NCBI GenBank assembly: GCA_001643675.2
Contig: LSRY02000026.1
Span: 1,054,001 to 1,118,000, forward strand
DNA length: 64,000 nt
Origin: Monocercomonoides exilis PA203
Taxonomy: Eukaryota; Protista; Preaxostyla
Direction: 5' to 3'
Shown: positions 62,382-64,000 of the stretch, piece after piece
Layout: every line of letters starts with the position of its first letter
Position numbering within the stretch: position 1 is the first letter of the stretch
The notes under the pieces: model-generated
Databases searched by the model: none
Told to the model about the DNA's origin: nothing
What the model saw: the letters and a program-made list of their open reading frames with translations, nothing else
Translations under genes and position numbers: made by a program

Positions 62382-63308
62382 CTTTTCTTTTATTCCACTT
62401 CCCCATTCAAATCCACACAAAAATGTTGAATCTTCCCTCTTCGCCTCGAATGCCGTTGTGTTTCAAAGAACCCAGCCAAACGCCCCACAATCAGCGAGCT
62501 GCTAGAAGTGCCTGAGATAAAAGCACAAACAGAGAGACTTTTGAGACATTCAGACGAAATTCTGCCTCATTCGAAGACTCAACAGACAGCGCAGCTGGCA
62601 CACCTGCCTGATAATTCTATTGCTTCTCCTTTTTCTTCTTCTTCTTCTTCTTCTTCTTCTTTGCCTGATAAGCATTCACTTCAGCTTCCTCTGCCTTTTC
62701 CTCCTCCTCCATTTTCATTTTCATCTTCTTCAACTGCAAACACTTCATTTTCTGATTATCCTCAAAATTCGTCTTCTTCTTCTTCTTCTTCTTCTTCTTC
62801 TTCTTCTTCTTCTTCTTCTTCTTCTTCTTCTTCTTCTTCTTCTGTGTTTATCCCTTTTTATCCGTCTGGACAAAAGCATTTGCCATTGCAACATGAAGAT
62901 GTTCCAGTATCAATGAAAGATTTAGATGAACCAAAAAGAGAAAAGCAGAAAGCAGATAAAGAAGAAAGGGAAGAAAGAGAAGAAAGAGATGGAAACAAAA
63001 TAGGAAAAGATGAAGATGAAGAGAAAGGAAAGGAAAAAGAGAAAGAAGACGAGATTTCAGATGCGAAAATAGAAAGTATGCAAAAAGCAGAAGAGAATAA
63101 GAAGGAAGAGAAAGATTTGAGCGATGAATATGACAGAAAAGATGTTAAAGACAAGAAATACACAGAAAATACAGAAAATACAGAAGAAGAAGAATATGAA
63201 GGAGTCAAAGAAGAAGAAGAAGAAGCAAAAGTTGAGGAGTCTTTTGAACGGATGCTGCTGATCCGCTTTGTGAACAGCGACGATTTGGCGGTTTGGAAAA
63301 GAGGATGA
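61188..63308 (+). CDS. Multi-exon NEK-like Ser/Thr pseudokinase with low-complexity tail (ends uncertain)
   Basis: LLKYIDCFLDQRKLITVM / VLWNYLASMILGLKCLHENGLLHGNMKACNILI..LSEYGYA / SDLFSVGAVMYQLA..PPFYSRALFAVIADLLSI / NPAKRPTISELLE; introns at ~61491-61576 and 62280-62468, plus others. Confidence 0.78.
62771..62843 (+). repeat. (TCT)n coding microsatellite (poly-Ser)
   Basis: ~24 consecutive TCT; similar tracts at ~9415-9463 and throughout the coding regions. Confidence 0.9.
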
Positions 63309-64000
63309 GGGAGAGAATGCTGTCTGTCTGTGTGGGGCATTTTTGGAAAGGAGAGAAAGGAACAACTGATAATTGCTGGAATTATCTATCTCTCTATTTA
63401 TTTAATATTATTATATTATTATATTATTCTTTCATTTATTTTTCTTCCTTCTTCCTTCTTTTTTCTTCTTTTTGAGTGCAGTCTCCACCAATCGAAGTGT
63501 CTGTCAGCAGCACAACACCCTTTTCAGCACTCGCCACACAACTCTCGAATGTGATCGGATTGGCGCCTGCCTCCATCTGCTGGTGGGCTGAGAGAAGAAG
63601 AGAGCAATTGAACTCATCCAGTTCTTCTTCTTCTTCTTCTTCTTCTCCTTCTCTTCATCAGGATGTTGTTAAAATCCCTCTGAATCTTCAGTCTGCAGAA
63701 GCAGTTGGCACCCTGCTGTTTGTCGAGCAGAGTTATCAAACAAAAGAAGAAGAAGAAGAAGGGGAAAAAGATAAATCTGTTTCACCTTCGCATTCCTCTC
63801 TCCTTTCAGCCGATGTATTCTATTGCATCGGCTCGCAGACAGATCATTTTCCGCCTGCACTCCGTTTCCTTTCACATGAACCTTCTTTTCTTTTCACTCC
63901 CTCCTCTTCTTCACTCAACACGCCTTCTTCTCCTTCTTCTCCTTCTTCTCCTTCTTCTTCTCCTCTCTCTGTTTCTCTATCAATTTCACCTCGACTGTCC

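Noticed and set aside
63480-64000. Glu-rich coding-like sequence on the - strand at the right edge
   Set aside because: Stops in all frames tried and truncated by the window; cannot assign

Overview
Eukaryotic, AT-rich protist genomic DNA. Short GT-AG introns, huge Ser/Glu/Lys low-complexity insertions and lineage-specific gene families suggest an oxymonad such as Monocercomonoides (inference). Host genes lie at the edges. On the left are a divergent pair, a >1900-aa dihydropyrimidine dehydrogenase (DPYD)-like gene (missed by the ORF track because it runs off the window) and a 2625-aa PP2A B56 subunit, plus a lineage-specific family gene. On the right is a NEK-like pseudokinase. Between them (~17.7-60.8 kb) is a ~43-kb island of DNA transposons whose ends can mostly be read directly from terminal inverted repeats (TIRs) and target-site duplications (TSDs). 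(1) A foldback element whose left TIR has expanded into a ~9-kb 20/21-bp satellite with an 81/82-bp higher-order repeat. (2) A 3.7-kb element with 209-bp TIRs inserted in that satellite. (3) Two hAT elements, one with an intact spliced transposase. (4) Two copies of a GGGTGA-ended, 4-bp-TSD (AWWT) family whose conserved arm may encode a decayed tyrosine recombinase. (5) Several MITEs. All five larger elements (items 2-4), from three families, carry kilobases of captured host-like gene fragments (pack-type cargo). The hAT and GGGTGA elements form a mirror-image arrangement despite having independent TSDs.
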